A DNA stretch of 64,000 bases from Narcine bancroftii (taxonomy: Eukaryota). The stretch spans positions 48,360,001 through 48,424,000 of the forward strand of contig NC_091475.1 in NCBI RefSeq assembly GCF_036971445.1, read 5' to 3'. Each line of letters starts with the position of its first letter. Position 1 is the stretch's first letter. A model generated the notes under the pieces. It had not been told where the DNA came from. It searched no databases and saw nothing but the letters and a program-made list of their open reading frames with translations. Shown here piece after piece: positions 1 to 13,470 of this stretch. A program made the translations under genes and the position numbers.

Positions 1-719
1 ATATATTGAATATGTTGGATTGTAATTGTCATTTGTTTTTAGGCAATTCACCCTTTAAAAATACACAACATTGATTTTTTTCCTTTTCTGTACAGTGTTA
101 CATTTCTGGTGATCCTTGGATGTAGTTTCTTTGCCCCAGAGTGATAACTTTTTCTGGCAATTAGCGAAATGCTTCCTTTGAACAGAAATTTGAAGTTGTG
201 TTCATAGCAAAGTGTGCTTGTATCATCTGCTTAATTATTAACTGATATGTGCACTGAACTCAATGTGGAATGTAGAGTTTTTGAACATTTGCACACATGT
301 TGGATCCTAAACTGTCAGGTTGGTTTTAGTGCCCGTATCCCTCTTGTCACATGCCCAAAGTGGATCTCATTTCTCTGCACAAATTACTCAGCACTTAGTT
401 TTCCTCATCTAAACAATTGACTTGCGATCTCTTCTCTGAAAAGCAGGATTGATCAAAGTAGATTTTAAAAGTCTGCAATTAAACAACAAGGCTCACACTT
501 CGATGATCAAAAAGCTGCAGATGCTTGCATTTAGTTAACTTTGTTTTTGAGTCAATTAAGTCATTCATAAATGTAACAATAAATTCATCATTTATTTGTC
601 TGCACTGTCAGTCAAGAAGAAGATGGCTAACTAAAAATAAATTGCTTTCTGTTAATTTGACAGTCTGACTCCTTTTCCATACCAATTAAAACATGAAAAA
701 TAACCTAATTAACATTCTT

Positions 720-1240
720 TTAGACATACAGCATGGTAACAGGCCATCTCAGCCCAAGTCCATGCTGCCCAATTTACACCAAATTGACCTACACCCCTAG
801 TATGTTTCAAACAGTGGGAGGAAACCAGAGCCCCCAGGGAAAACCCTTTGTTTTTTTGATAAGCTGCTCAGATGTGGTTTTTTTGTTAGTTTGTTTTTTT
901 AATAGGTTTTTTAAATTTATATATATGTACATATAATAATAAAATAATATTTCTGAATTCTATTCTGTCTTCATCCAGTGCAGTGGAAGGGGGACCGAGT
1001 TTATACTGTTGGAAGTTTTATCTGATAAATACATATATGATATTGTATTTTCAATTTTGTTCACTTTTCTTCATTGTATTGTATTTATTATAAAATCCAA
1101 TTTAAAAATTGAAAAAGAAAGAAAACCCACCAGACGGGGAGAATGTACAAACTCCTTACAGACAGCGTGGGATTTGAGCCCTGGTCCCAATTACTGATGC
1201 TGTAAATGAATGCATCGCGCTAACTGCTATGCTAACCGCA
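720..1240 (-). mobile_element. tRNA-derived SINE copy, split by a later insertion at 847-1120
   Basis: Same sequence family as 54775-55012 and 60150-60395 (catacagca.ggtaacaggcc...ggaggaaacc.gag.ccc...agaatgtacaaactcc.tacagacagc). The two halves rejoin at a duplicated GAAAACCC. Confidence 0.7.
847..1120 (+). mobile_element. 5'-truncated non-LTR retroelement 3' end (L1-like) inserted in a SINE
   Basis: Flanked by an 8-bp direct repeat GAAAACCC (839-846 and 1121-1128) and ends in an A-rich/(GAAA) tail. Confidence 0.6.
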
Positions 1241-1928
1241 TATAAAAATATATATTTCATCCAACTCCTGCTGATTTTACTTTAGGAATCTTTAACAACT
1301 TTCAGCCCTGCTGAGCTACTCCAGCATTTTGTGTTTTTACTTCACCCCCAGCCCGTTCCTTTGGGGATGAAAATCTGTTTGACTTACAGAATCTGCTGTA
1401 TATATTTCTCAGGCCTTGAGTATAAGATTTACTCATCAGATAATTCAAGCAATTCCATGTCTCTGCTTTTATAATGCAGTTATAATTCTCTTTTTTCACA
1501 ATCCATTTATGAGTTATGGTTGCTGCTCGTAAGACTATATTTATTAACCATCCTGAAATGTCCGTGGTTTAGCTAATTACTTCAAAGGTTCCTGCAGATA
1601 TGTTTAAAGGAACACGATCACTAATGAATTTGGTGCTGAATTATATTAACAGTAGAAAACAGTAGCAGGAATAGACTTCCCCCTGCACCCCCATAAAGCC
1701 TGCTGTACCATTCAGTATCATCATAACTGATCTATGCTGGCCTCAACCCCTCTTCCATCTCAGTTCCCCACACCCCTCAATTCCATGATGTTGCACATTT
1801 TTATCTATCTCCATCTTAAATTTACCTAATAATCTGGCTTCCATCATACATGGGGCAGATAATTACAAAGACTCCCTACATTCTGAGAGAGGGCATTTCT
1901 ACTTAAATATCTAGTCCCTTATTTGAAG

Positions 1929-2096
1929 TGAAACATTATAGAGCCAGCCATCTTCTCTTGCATGGACCACAAGGGCTTTGAACAGGCTGAACTAAGAACT
2001 CACAACCCATCTTCAAAATGGGGTTTTCCCCCACAAGCTTGCCAGCTTGTCCTGTTCCAGTCCCAACTGCTGCTGCTGAACTGTAGAAATGAATTC

Positions 2097-2127
<31 letters not shown>

Positions 2128-2482
2128 TGCTCTCTCAGAGAAAAACCACCTGACCCTCTTAAAACAGCCAACTACACTCAGATAGACTGTAGCTCCGGAC
2201 CCAATCTTCTGAGTTTGTTCATCTATTGCTTTCCAAAATAATAATCTATTACTCCACAGTGTGTCCAATCAACACCTACTTGTGAAGTCCTTATAGGCAT
2301 TCTTTAAAGTTTCTGCAAAGGCACACGGACCTTGGACTGTCTGGCTTGAGCAGAGCTCTGGCATTTTGAATGAGATCTGTTCTGATGTGTTTGTATTTGT
2401 TTGTGACCTACACTAGAAAAAACATGCTACAATTATCTTCCAAAAACATATCTATACATAATATAAAATATAACACTGTACA
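1929..2482. mobile_element. Partial LTR-like repeat, same family as 29432-30392
   Basis: About 450 bp of clear similarity to 29957-30392, including ccacaagcttgccagcttgtcctg and an internal (CT)n tract. Ends ...ctgtaca. Confidence 0.55.
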
Positions 2483-3754
2483 ACAGTTAGATCCCTCTGA
2501 ACTTCAATCATTTGCAGAAACCCTCCATTTAAATAATAATCTGCCTTTTGATTCCTCTAACTGAAGAGCATGACCACACACTTCCATATATTAATCTCCA
2601 CTTGCCAGGTTTTCACTCAGATACACAACCTATCTAAATCTTGAAACAGAATCACAATGTCCTCATCACAACATAGAGAGGGAGAGAGAGAAAAAGAGTG
2701 CTTGTGTGCCAGGAATCTGGTGCTCCACTGAATATCCCCATGTTGGGAATTGAGAGGCAGGTTTTGAGGGCTGGTGTTGGAGGTACAGAGAAAGCTGCTT
2801 AGAGCTGAAACATGGTGCTTGGGGCTGCTCCCTGGCCAGTTCAATGAGTGTGGAACACCAGCAGCCTCTGCTTCAAATGTGGGCAGACCACCCAGACTTG
2901 AGGTTCTCCTCCTTATTGATTGTTGGATGTAATGGAAACTCCTCTTTTTGAATGCCTGTCCTGCTTTGCCCAACTTGAAGATTTCTCCATGGTGACAGTG
3001 GCCACCATTGGCTTTGTTACCATAGGGAAGTCTCTGGGTAGGGAATAGTTAAACAAAGAGAGGAGGTGATGGAGAGGTGGTCAGATCAGGCACTCTGTAA
3101 TAATATAGAGCAGTCATTCCCAGTCCCCAGCCAGAGTACATATTTGACACCACATCTCAGGCTGGAAGAACATACTGCTCACCCCAAGACCATCCCTCGC
3201 AAGCATCCTCTCTACACTGAGTTATGGGTGATTCTTTGTTGAGGTTCCACCAGAAGACAGTGGGGATTTGCACCATTCCCAAATGGCAGGACACAGCCTG
3301 AGACAATGTGTCAGAAACTACAATGAGGCACATCACTGTGAGTAGTCAGGCTGGACAACTGAGAGCAGTGCACAAAATAAGCAATGAAAACTCCCAGTGA
3401 ACTGGTTGACTTAGAGGACAGTTAAAACTCAAGTGCATTTTTGCAAGTCTGAAGTCACATGTAGGTCCTGACCATGTAAAAAGACACATTTTCTTCTAAA
3501 ACACATTTATAAATAAAAGGAAGATCTTTGCATTTGTGGTAGTTCATTGCCATAAATACTGGTACAACTTTTTTGTGTAGTGTTCACTGTTTTTAAATTC
3601 ACAAACTGCCATGGTTGGCTCTGGATATTTGTATAAGCATTTGAATAACTAGCATGGATATGACAGTATCCAAGTGCAAATACAAGTACAGTATAATACT
3701 GACCACAGTTGCATCAGTTTTTTTTTCCCAGAATAACATAACATTTTTTTTCTC

Positions 3755-3872
3755 AAAAATGCTGGAGAAACTCAGCAAGTCACACAATATTCTTTATGTG
3801 ACAAAGATAATGATACATAACCAGAGCCCTGTCTGCAGCAATGGTGGCGAATCACCCAGTGACCAACTATTT
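3755..3872. mobile_element. Left part of a Penelope-derived remnant (inverted terminal arm) split by the L1
   Basis: 3755-3823 is an imperfect reverse complement of 10848-10914. 3836-3872 continues into 10371-10915 once the L1 is removed. Confidence 0.6.
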
Positions 3873-4004
3873 AGGAGTCACGTGATGGAGTAGTGGCCGG
3901 TAGGGGAACTCCAGCCCTCACCAGAAAAGTTAAAAAAAGATAGAGAAAAAGCAAAGGCATAAACTTAAAAACCAAAACAAAGTGAAAGTAAAAGTGTAGA
4001 GAAA

Positions 4005-5218
4005 ATGGCAGCGAAGAAAGAAAAACCAAAAACAACGGGAAGAAAAGAAGAAGGAAAGACGTCGGAAGAAGAAGGTGAAGGCCTTACCTGTCCGAAGAGG
4101 CCCGCCGCGGAGAGAGAAGCCCGCTCCCACAGGTCAGTGCAAGTCCCGGGCTCGGGACTACAAAAATGGCTCGCAGAGCCGAGTAAAAGTGCGCTACCGC
4201 GCATGCGCGATGCGCATGAAAAAAGACACACTGACGGGAGGGGGGAACAGCTGCGGACTCGATCTCCACAGCTGAGAGAGACACCTGCAGCACAGCAGCA
4301 GGTGCAGAACACAGACAACAATGAAAACAAGAAAGAAGAGGGTAAAAAGAAAACAAGGAAACAACAGATGGTCAATCCAGAGGAAGAAGAAGAAGAACAG
4401 AAAGAAGTGGAAGAAGAAGAGAAAAGCAAGACAATGGATGTATCTTTTTTTAAAGAATATATGGAATCAGTGAAAGAATGGCAATTACAAGAATTTGATT
4501 TGATAAAAAGAAGAATTAAGAATGCAGAAGAAAAAATGAATAAAATGGAAGTGGCCATATCAGAATTGGCAAAAAGAGTGGAAAATATGGAAAAACGAGA
4601 AACATTTGTAGATATGGAAGTAGAAGACTTAAAAGAGAAATTAGAAGAATCTAATAAAAAAGCTAAAGAGGCACAGGAGCTGTTAGCTCAGAAGATAGAT
4701 GTAATAGAAAACTATAATAGAAGAAATAATATAAAGATAGTGGGCCTTAAGGAAGATGAAGAAGGCAAGAATATGAGAGAATTTATAAAAGATTGGATCC
4801 CCAGGGTCCTGGGAAGACCAGAATTACAGGAAGAAATGGAAATAGAGAGGGCACATAGAACTTTAGCCCCGAAACCACAACCGCAGCAAAAACCAAGATC
4901 CATTTTAGTAAAATTCTTAAGATATACGACAAGAGAAAATATATTGGAGAAAGCAATGAAGAAAGTAAGAGAGGACAAAAAGCCACTGGAATATAAAGGT
5001 CAAAAATTTTTTTTCTATCCAGACATAAGTTTTGAACTCCTGAAGAAGAGGAAGGAGTTCAATACAGTGAAAACGAAGGATATAAGTTTATGTTAAGGTA
5101 CCCAGCGGTACTTAAAATAATTATTCCAGGGCAACAAAACAGACTATTCTCGGATCCAGAGGAAGCAAGGAAATTTGCAGAACAACTACAAAACAAGCAG
5201 AGAGATGAAGACATGTAA
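4005..5218 (+). pseudogene. L1 ORF1p (coiled coil + RRM + CTD), frameshifted near 5075
   Basis: L1 ORF1 motifs ENYNRRNNIKIVGLKE, IERAHR, PRSILVKF, FYPDIS. The C-terminus GYKFMLRYPAVLKI...DEDM* continues in another frame to 5218. Confidence 0.9.
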
Positions 5219-5262
5219 TAAGAGTAAAAATGACCACGATCTATATGTATGTGTGTAAAGGG

Positions 5263-5271
<9 letters not shown>

Positions 5272-5299
<28 letters not shown>
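5272..5299. repeat. (TA)n microsatellite in the L1 inter-ORF spacer
   Basis: Direct reading of the sequence. Confidence 0.9.
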
Positions 5300-5302
<3 letters not shown>

Positions 5303-5736
5303 TGCATACATGAATGTATCCATATTTAGAGGAAAATATATAGAGTATAGACAATAATTAATAAGGGAGGGAAATGGAATAGAGGGAATAAGGAGGGAAT
5401 TAAAAGAGTAACCTTTGTTACATATGAAAATTGAAATCTTTTCTGGGGGGGCTGGGTGGGGAGGAGTTACGGTCACTGCAAAATCAGCTGACGTTTGCGA
5501 CTGAATTCGCAAATCCAAATGGAGAGGGGAGATGTGGTTGTCCGACAAGGGATAAAGGACAACTCAGGAGGGGGAGGGGAGAATGGGGTTAAAGAAGTTT
5601 TAAATAGGAGAATAAGGAAAATGTTTGATGTTTTAGAAATGTTGTCTTATAAAGTGTTCAAAACAAGAAAGCAGAAATGGATAAGAAGGAAAGGTGATGA
5701 TGGAGAAACGGAAAGGGAAGATAAACAAAGTATAAA

Positions 5737-8700
5737 ATGGCTATGCTGAACTATATGATTTTAAATATTAACGGAATACATAACCAAATTAAAAGGAAGA
5801 AATTGCTAAATTTACTGAAAAAAGAAAAAATTGATATAGCATTTGTGCAAGAAACACATTTAACTGAATTGGAGCACAAGAAGTTAAAGAGAGATTGGGT
5901 AGGACATGTAACAGCAGCGTCATATAATTCAAAAGCAAGAGGAGTAGCTATATCAATTAGTAAAAATATGCGAATTAAAATAGAAGAGGAAATAATAGAT
6001 CCAGCAGGGAGATATGTAATGATAAAATGTCAGGTATATTCGGAGTTTTGGAATCTACTCAATGTATATTCACCTAACGAAGAAGATCAAAAGTTTATGC
6101 AAGATATCTTTTTGAAGGTAGCAAATACGCAAGGGAACATATTAATAGGAGGGGATTTCAACCTGAATTTGGATTCAAATATGGACAAAACTGGGAAAAA
6201 AATTAACAGAAAGAACAAAGTAACCAAATTTATAATTAAATCGATAGAAGAAATGCAACTTTTGGATATATGGAGGAAACAACACCCAAATGAAAAGGAA
6301 TATTCATATTACTCGGCTAGACATAAAACATACTCAAGAATAGATCTATTTTTGTTATCAGCTCGTATGCAAAATAGAGTAAGAAAAACAGAATATAAAG
6401 CTAGAATATTATCGGACCATTCACCCTTAATATTGACAATAAAGTTAGAGGACATCCCTGCAAGAATGTATAGATGGAGATTAAACTCCATGTTACTCAA
6501 AAGGCAGGATTTTAGAGAATTAATTGAAAGACAAATTAAAATGTATTTTGAAATAAATATGGAATCAGTGAAAGATAAGTTTATACTATGGGATGCAATG
6601 AAAGCGTTCATTAGAGGGCAAATAATAAGTTATGTAACCAAGATGAAGAAGGACTATAATCAGGAAACAGAGCAGTTGGAAAGGGAAATAGTAAATATAG
6701 AAAAAGGATTAGCAATGAAGGAAGATACAACTAAAAGAAGAGAATTGGCAGATAAAAAAATAAAATATGAAACACTACAAACATATAAGGTGGAGAAGAA
6801 TATAATGAAGACAAAACAGAAATATTATGAACTAGGGTAAAAAACGCACAAAATTCTAGCATGGCAGCTTAAGACAGAACAAGCTAAGAAAATGGTATTG
6901 GCATCAAGGAAAAAAGACAAACAAATCACATATAATCCAAAGGAGATCAAGGAAAACTTTAGAGAATTCTATGAACAATTATACCAAACTGAAAACGAAG
7001 GGAAAGAAGGGAAAATAGATGAATTTCTAACTAAAATTGAACTACCAAAACTACAAATAGAGGAACAAAATAAATTAACAGAACCATTTGAAATAGTAGA
7101 AATACAAGAGATAATAAAAAAATTACCAAATAATAAAACACCAGGAGAGGATGGATTCCCAATAGAATTCTACAAAACATTTAAAGATTTATTAATTCCT
7201 CCCCTCCTGGAAGTAATCAACCAGATTGATAAAACACAAAGCTTTACCAGATTCATGTAAAACAGCAATAATTACAGTAATACTAAAGCAAGGGAAAGAT
7301 CCACTTGCACCACCGTCATATAGACCAATATCATTACTTAACACAGATTATAACATAATAGCTAAACTATTAGCAAACAGATTAGCAGAGTATGTACCGA
7401 AAATGGGAAATCTAGACCAAAATGGATTTATTAAAAAAAGACGCACAACAGACAATATTTGTAAATTTATTAACTTAATTCATGCAGTAGAAGGGAGTAA
7501 AGCGCCAACAGTAGCAGTTGCTTTAGACACAGAGAAGGCCTTTGACAGAGTAGAATGGAATTATTTATTCAAGGTATTGCAAAAATTCAGTTTACCAGAG
7601 AAGTATATTAATTGGATTAAAGCATTATAAAAGGGACCATTGGCGAAAGTGACAGTAAATGGATATATATCAAAGCAATTTAACTTAAGCAGGTCAACAC
7701 GGCAGGGACGCCCACTATCACCCTTATTGTTCGCGTTAGCTATAGAACCACTAGCAGAATTGATAAGAACAGAAAATAATATAAAAGGGATAAAAATAAA
7801 AGACAAGGAATATAAAATCAGTTTATTTGCGGATGATGTTATAGTATACTTAACAGAACCAGAACTATCAATAAAAGAATTATATAAGAAATTGAAGGAA
7901 TATGGAGAAGTGTCGGGTTACAAGATTAACGTAAATAAAAGTGAAGCAATGCCTATGAATAATGCGGATTTCTCAAAATTTAAGAAGGAATCACCATTCA
8001 GATGGCAAATGCAAGCAATAAGATACCTAGGTGTACAAATAAATAAAAATCTCGGCCAACTATATAAACTCAATTATTATCCACTAATGAAAAAATTACA
8101 GCACGATTTAGAGCATTGGAAAGATTTACCACTAACACTAATAGGAAGGATAAACTGTATTAAAATGAACATTTTCCCAAGGATATTATACCTATTTCAG
8201 GCATTGCCAATACACTTGATGGAGAAATTCTTCAAGGAGTTAAAGAAAATAATAAGGAATTTTTTATGGAAAGGGGGGAAACCGAGGATAGCACTAGATA
8301 AATTAACAGAATGGTATAAACAAGGAGGCTTACAACTGCCAAACTTTAAAAATTATTATAGAGCCGCACAATTAAGATACCTATCAGATTTTTATCAAAC
8401 AAGGGAAAAGCCAGATTGGACTAGAATAGAATTAGATAAAATAGGGGAAAAGATCTCTTTGGCTTGGCTTCGCGGACGAAGATTTATGGAGGGGGTAAAA
8501 AGTCCACGTCAGCTGCAGGCTCGTTTGTGGCTGACAAGTCCGATGCGGGACAGGCATTCACGATTGCAGCGGTTGCAAGGGAAAATTGGTTGGTTGGGGT
8601 TGGGTGTTGGGTTTTTCCTCCTTTGCCTTTTGTCAGTGAGGTGGGCTCTGCAGTCTTCTTCAAAGGAGGTTGCTGCCCGCCAAACTGTGAGGCGCCAAGA

Positions 8701-10112
8701 TGCACGGTTTGAGGCGTTATCAGCCCACTGGCGGTGGTCAATGTGGCAAGCACCAAGAGATTTCTTTAGGCAGTCCTTGTACCTTTTCTTTGGTGCACCT
8801 CTGTCACGGTGGCCAGTGGAGAGCTCGCCATATAACACGATCTTGGGAAGGCGATGGTCCTCCATTCTGGAGACGTGACCCATCCAGCGCAGCTGGATCT
8901 TCAGCAGCGTGGACTCGATGCTGTCGACCTCTGCCATCTCGAGTACTTCGACATTAGGGGTGTAAGCGCTCCAATGGATGTTGAGGATGGAGCGGAGACA
9001 ACGCTGGTGGAAGCGTTCTAGGAGCCGTAGATACTTGAACACATATTATATAAATGGGATGAAAAATTGGTACAACATAGAAGTTCTCCAGTATTACATC
9101 ATCTACTCAATATTTGGAAGAAGATTCATGTAGAAAGGAATAAAACAAATTATCAATTACCAAAACTAATATTGACGCAAAATCAGTTACTCCCTTTTAC
9201 AATAGATAACCTTTCCCTTAGAGAATGGGAGAAAAAAGGGATCAAAAGAATAGAAAATTGTTTTTCAGGAAATAGATTATTATCCTTTGAACAAATGAAA
9301 GATAAATACAATATAACTCAAGATACAGTGCTGGCATATTACCAATTGAGATCCTACTTGAAGGACAAATTAGGAAGCAGTCTGAGTTTACCAGAGGGAA
9401 GTAACTTTGAATATGTGATTACAGATACAATGATAATCAAAAGATTTATCACAAATATGTATATTAAACTGCAAGAAAAGGAGAATGAGGAAACAAATGG
9501 TAAAACTAAACAAAAATGGGAACAAGATTTAAATATAAAGATAAAAAAGGAAACATGGGAGAAGTTATGTTCTGGAACGATGAGAAATACAATAAATACG
9601 AGGTTACGTATGATACAATATAACTGGATACACAGGCTATACATTACACCTCAAAACTTAAATAAATGGGACCCAACAGTATCGGATAGATGTTTTCGAT
9701 GTAAAAAAGAAATGGGAACAACAATTCATGCAATCTGGACATGTGAGAAAGTAGAAAAATTTTGGGAAGATCTAAACCAAATATTAAATAAAATTACAGA
9801 AAACAATATACCAAAGAATCCAGAGATCTTCCTCCTAAGTAACATAAAAAACAAAGAATTTGGAATTGATTTGGATGATGCACAAAAAAGATTTGTTAAG
9901 ATAGCTCTAGCCGTAGCAAAAAATGTATTATGTCAACCTGGAAATCGGAAGATAATTTGAAAATACAACAATGGTATATAGAAATGAATAAATGTATTCC
10001 ATTAGAAAAAATAACATCTAGTTTAAGAAATAATATTGAAATATTTGAACAAATATGGGAGCCTTACATGAAACACAATAGAGAAAACCTACCGGGGACA
10101 TTCACTACCTAA
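5737..10112 (+). pseudogene. L1 ORF2p (endonuclease/reverse transcriptase), disrupted
   Basis: NING, QETH, GGDFN, SRID, SDH (APE); PGEDG, YRPISLLN, KAFD, RQG.PLSP, FADD (RT); CFRC...HAIWTC (CCHC). In-frame stops at 6838 and 7628, frameshifts near 7240 and 9925, RTE insertion at 8455-9028. Confidence 0.93.
8455..9028 (-). mobile_element. 5'-truncated RTE-clade LINE inserted antisense into L1 ORF2
   Basis: Minus-strand frame LERFHQRCLRSIL...QLRWMGHVSRMEDHRLPKIVLYGEL...GAPKKRYKDCLK...C2H2-like end is a typical RTE RT C-terminus. GC/CpG content jumps. L1 ORF2 rejoins across a duplicated AGAT (8451-8454 and 9029-9032). Confidence 0.9.
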
Positions 10113-10370
10113 ATTAACAAAAGGAGAAGGAAATTAAAAGAATTGACTCAGTGGAATTTCTTGTTTATTTTTATTGAATGACAACATTGTTTGACTTGTT
10201 TAATGTATCCTAGATTTTGTACTTTAAATGGATGGGGGATGGGGAGGTAGGGAGGGTGGGATGGGAGGAGTGGTGGGGGAGAAAATGGCACTGTATATAT
10301 TTGAAAAGGAAAAAGTATGTATCATGGTTAATGTGGTTTATGGTGTGAAAAATAAAAAATTTTTAAAAAA

Positions 10371-11208
<838 letters not shown>

Positions 11209-12683
11209 ATAGTTTCTGGCCAGGCCTTGTAGTAAATATACTAATTTTCAACTGCTTATTTCATGCTGGTGAATAACGATGTCAGTAATGATGTTGTTTG
11301 TTTGGAGACTCCAGTTTCATTCAGATGTTTGTTGGCTTTCAGTTAGATTCTGTGGACTTGAACAGATTTATTTTAGTTTGACGGGGCATTATTGTCTCTG
11401 CAAGATTATGGGAATTCAGTTTCCCTTGTAAGTGGATGTTCTAATATTGCCATTGGGGTCATGATTGTTGTGTGATTTTTATGAGGTCAATAATGAAAAT
11501 TACACTTTTGTTTTAAGATGTCTTCCTTGCTCAGAATGATAGATATCCACTTTTCAAATGCCATGATGTGATTAAATTAGCAGAAAAAGATTCTAAGTAG
11601 AAGTGGGGCTTGTAGATTTAAATTTAACTTTCCTTTTATTTTCTCCTTGTTCTGCATTTCATTCTCTGAACAGAAGTGTAATTGAATATGAAGAGATGAA
11701 TAAGTGGCTTCATGTCCCCTGTAACCCACTTACATAAAGCATTTATAGGTGGAGAATGAGGGATACTTCTCTGCTTCTCCAAACATTGCCACCACCAGAA
11801 TTGTGATCACAGAGCACAATAAGGCCAATTTTATTTCTGTTCACCTGGCTGATCAAGGCAGCAGTTGTCTGAAAATCCACGCACTGCAGTCCTAGTTCAG
11901 ATTCTGCCATGTTTCACAGCAAGTCTACAATGCCTGCCTAAAAAATGGCAAAACTGGAGGTTCTGGGGCATACACCAAACACCAACTGCTTTGACACAGT
12001 TCAAGTGGGTGGTCAGTGTTGGTCCTGCCACATTGTCAAAGGGAAAAATCTGACAGTCAAGCAAGATATGACACAGAAAATTTCTCTTTTTTTTATATAC
12101 AAATGGACAGGAGAAAGAGAGTGCTCATCCAGGAGTTCAGAAAAAAATCAAGCTGCTCTTTAACCTTCTGATGTTTCCAGGTTAGCTTCCCCATCCTCTC
12201 ACCTCCAAACATAAAATGTTGGCTGTCAGCAATTTCTTGCCCTCCCAGAATCAGGGCACCTGTAGCTCACCAGCAGATGGGACATGAATCTTTTCAGTTG
12301 TTTGGCATAGTGCCAGTAGCAGTGAGAAGAGCATCCTTCACGCAGTCCACCATGCACCACACATGGTCTGGTCGTCCATTGCCAGCCTGCAGCCCACCCA
12401 GTGCTCTCGTGCTCCTCTCCTGCTTCCTTCCTGCACTTTTCTCCAGATATTTCCAATTATTTGTCTTCCAATTGCTTCTGCTCTGCCCAGTCCTTCTTGC
12501 TTACTGCCCATTCCCTGCCTGCACTACACCTTCTGCATTCCAGCTCCCTACTCTTCTACATTCCAGCACCACCTGCTGCATCAATATACTATTTTCAGGC
12601 ACTTGTCATTTTAAAATGGATCTAACAATATAATCTTTACAGTGGATTAGTTCAGCTTCTTTGAAATTGGGAAATGCAGCAAG

Positions 12684-12909
12684 AGTAGTGATGCACCATC
12701 AATGACTCCAAAATACTGGAGTTGAACAAACTAATAGGCTTTTATTTGCTATAGAACAAAAGCACGACCATGCTGCTCAACTGTCCTGCACTGGGGAGGG
12801 GGCTGTGGGACAGTCACCTTTATTCAGGAGCCTGTGGGAGGGTCACAGGTACAGTCAGCCAATGGGTGTGTCTGAACATATAAATATATACTTACAGTGG
12901 TTTACCACA
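12684..12909 (-). mobile_element. Possible degenerate solo LTR
   Basis: About 225 bp ending ...tttaccaca, with minus-strand AATAAA. No target-site duplication or intact TG end found. Confidence 0.35.
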
Positions 12910-13189
12910 GTGGTAATTTACAGTCCCACCACTTCACACATCTCTTCCCCAACCCCTCCTCCTCCCCCAATCCTGCACACTTCACTGAACACCCATTTTA
13001 TTTGTAGTGATATGGGAAAGTACTGCACATTCAGAGGATGGCAAACACCACAATTAGATTATAAATGGTTGATTTCAGTGTGTATGTCAGGCATAGTGAG
13101 AACGGGACCCTGTGTCACTCAATAGAAAACTTAGTGAATAATCTAACCTAGAGACAAACAAGAAAGTCTACAGACTGTGATTCTAATGT

Positions 13190-13470
13190 AATACACAAAA
13201 GTGCTGGAGAAACTCCACAGGTTACTCAATGCCCATAAGAAACAACATTATTTCATCAACATTTCAGGCTTGAGCCCTTCATCAAGGTATGAGCAAAAAA
13301 GAAGGCAGGCACCTGAATAAAATGGTGGAGGGAGGAGGGAAGAAGGGGCAGGGTGAGGAGCACATGACAACAAGCAAGAGGTCAGAGGTGGATATGAGTG
13401 GGAGGGCAGAATAGAAAAAAGCTGAGAAGTGATGGGGAGAGGGGTAGCTCCCTGAAGGAAGACGGAAGAG
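13190..13470 (-). mobile_element. Penelope-derived terminal fragment with hammerhead-like motif (~13255-13288)
   Basis: Minus strand reads ataccTTGATGAagggctcaagcctGAAAtgttg...gagtttctccagcac, the same terminus as 46185-46290 and 40428-40525. Confidence 0.65.

Larger units (their letters stand above)
3873..10370 (+). mobile_element. Full-length L1-clade LINE (~5.9 kb without the nested RTE), inactivated
   Basis: ORF1 plus ORF2 (APE endonuclease, RT, C-terminal CCHC), AATAAA at 10351 followed by an A-rich tail, and an 18-bp target-site duplication CCCAGTGACCAACTATTT at 3855-3872 and 10371-10388. Confidence 0.95.

Noticed and set aside
1-3750. Additional CNKSR2 exons upstream of the L1
   Set aside because: No frame resembling the expected penultimate exon was found; treated as intron.
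7640-8878. 412-aa ORF as a novel L1 fusion protein
   Set aside because: L1 RT reading by chance into the antisense strand of the nested RTE; ORF2 is already broken upstream.
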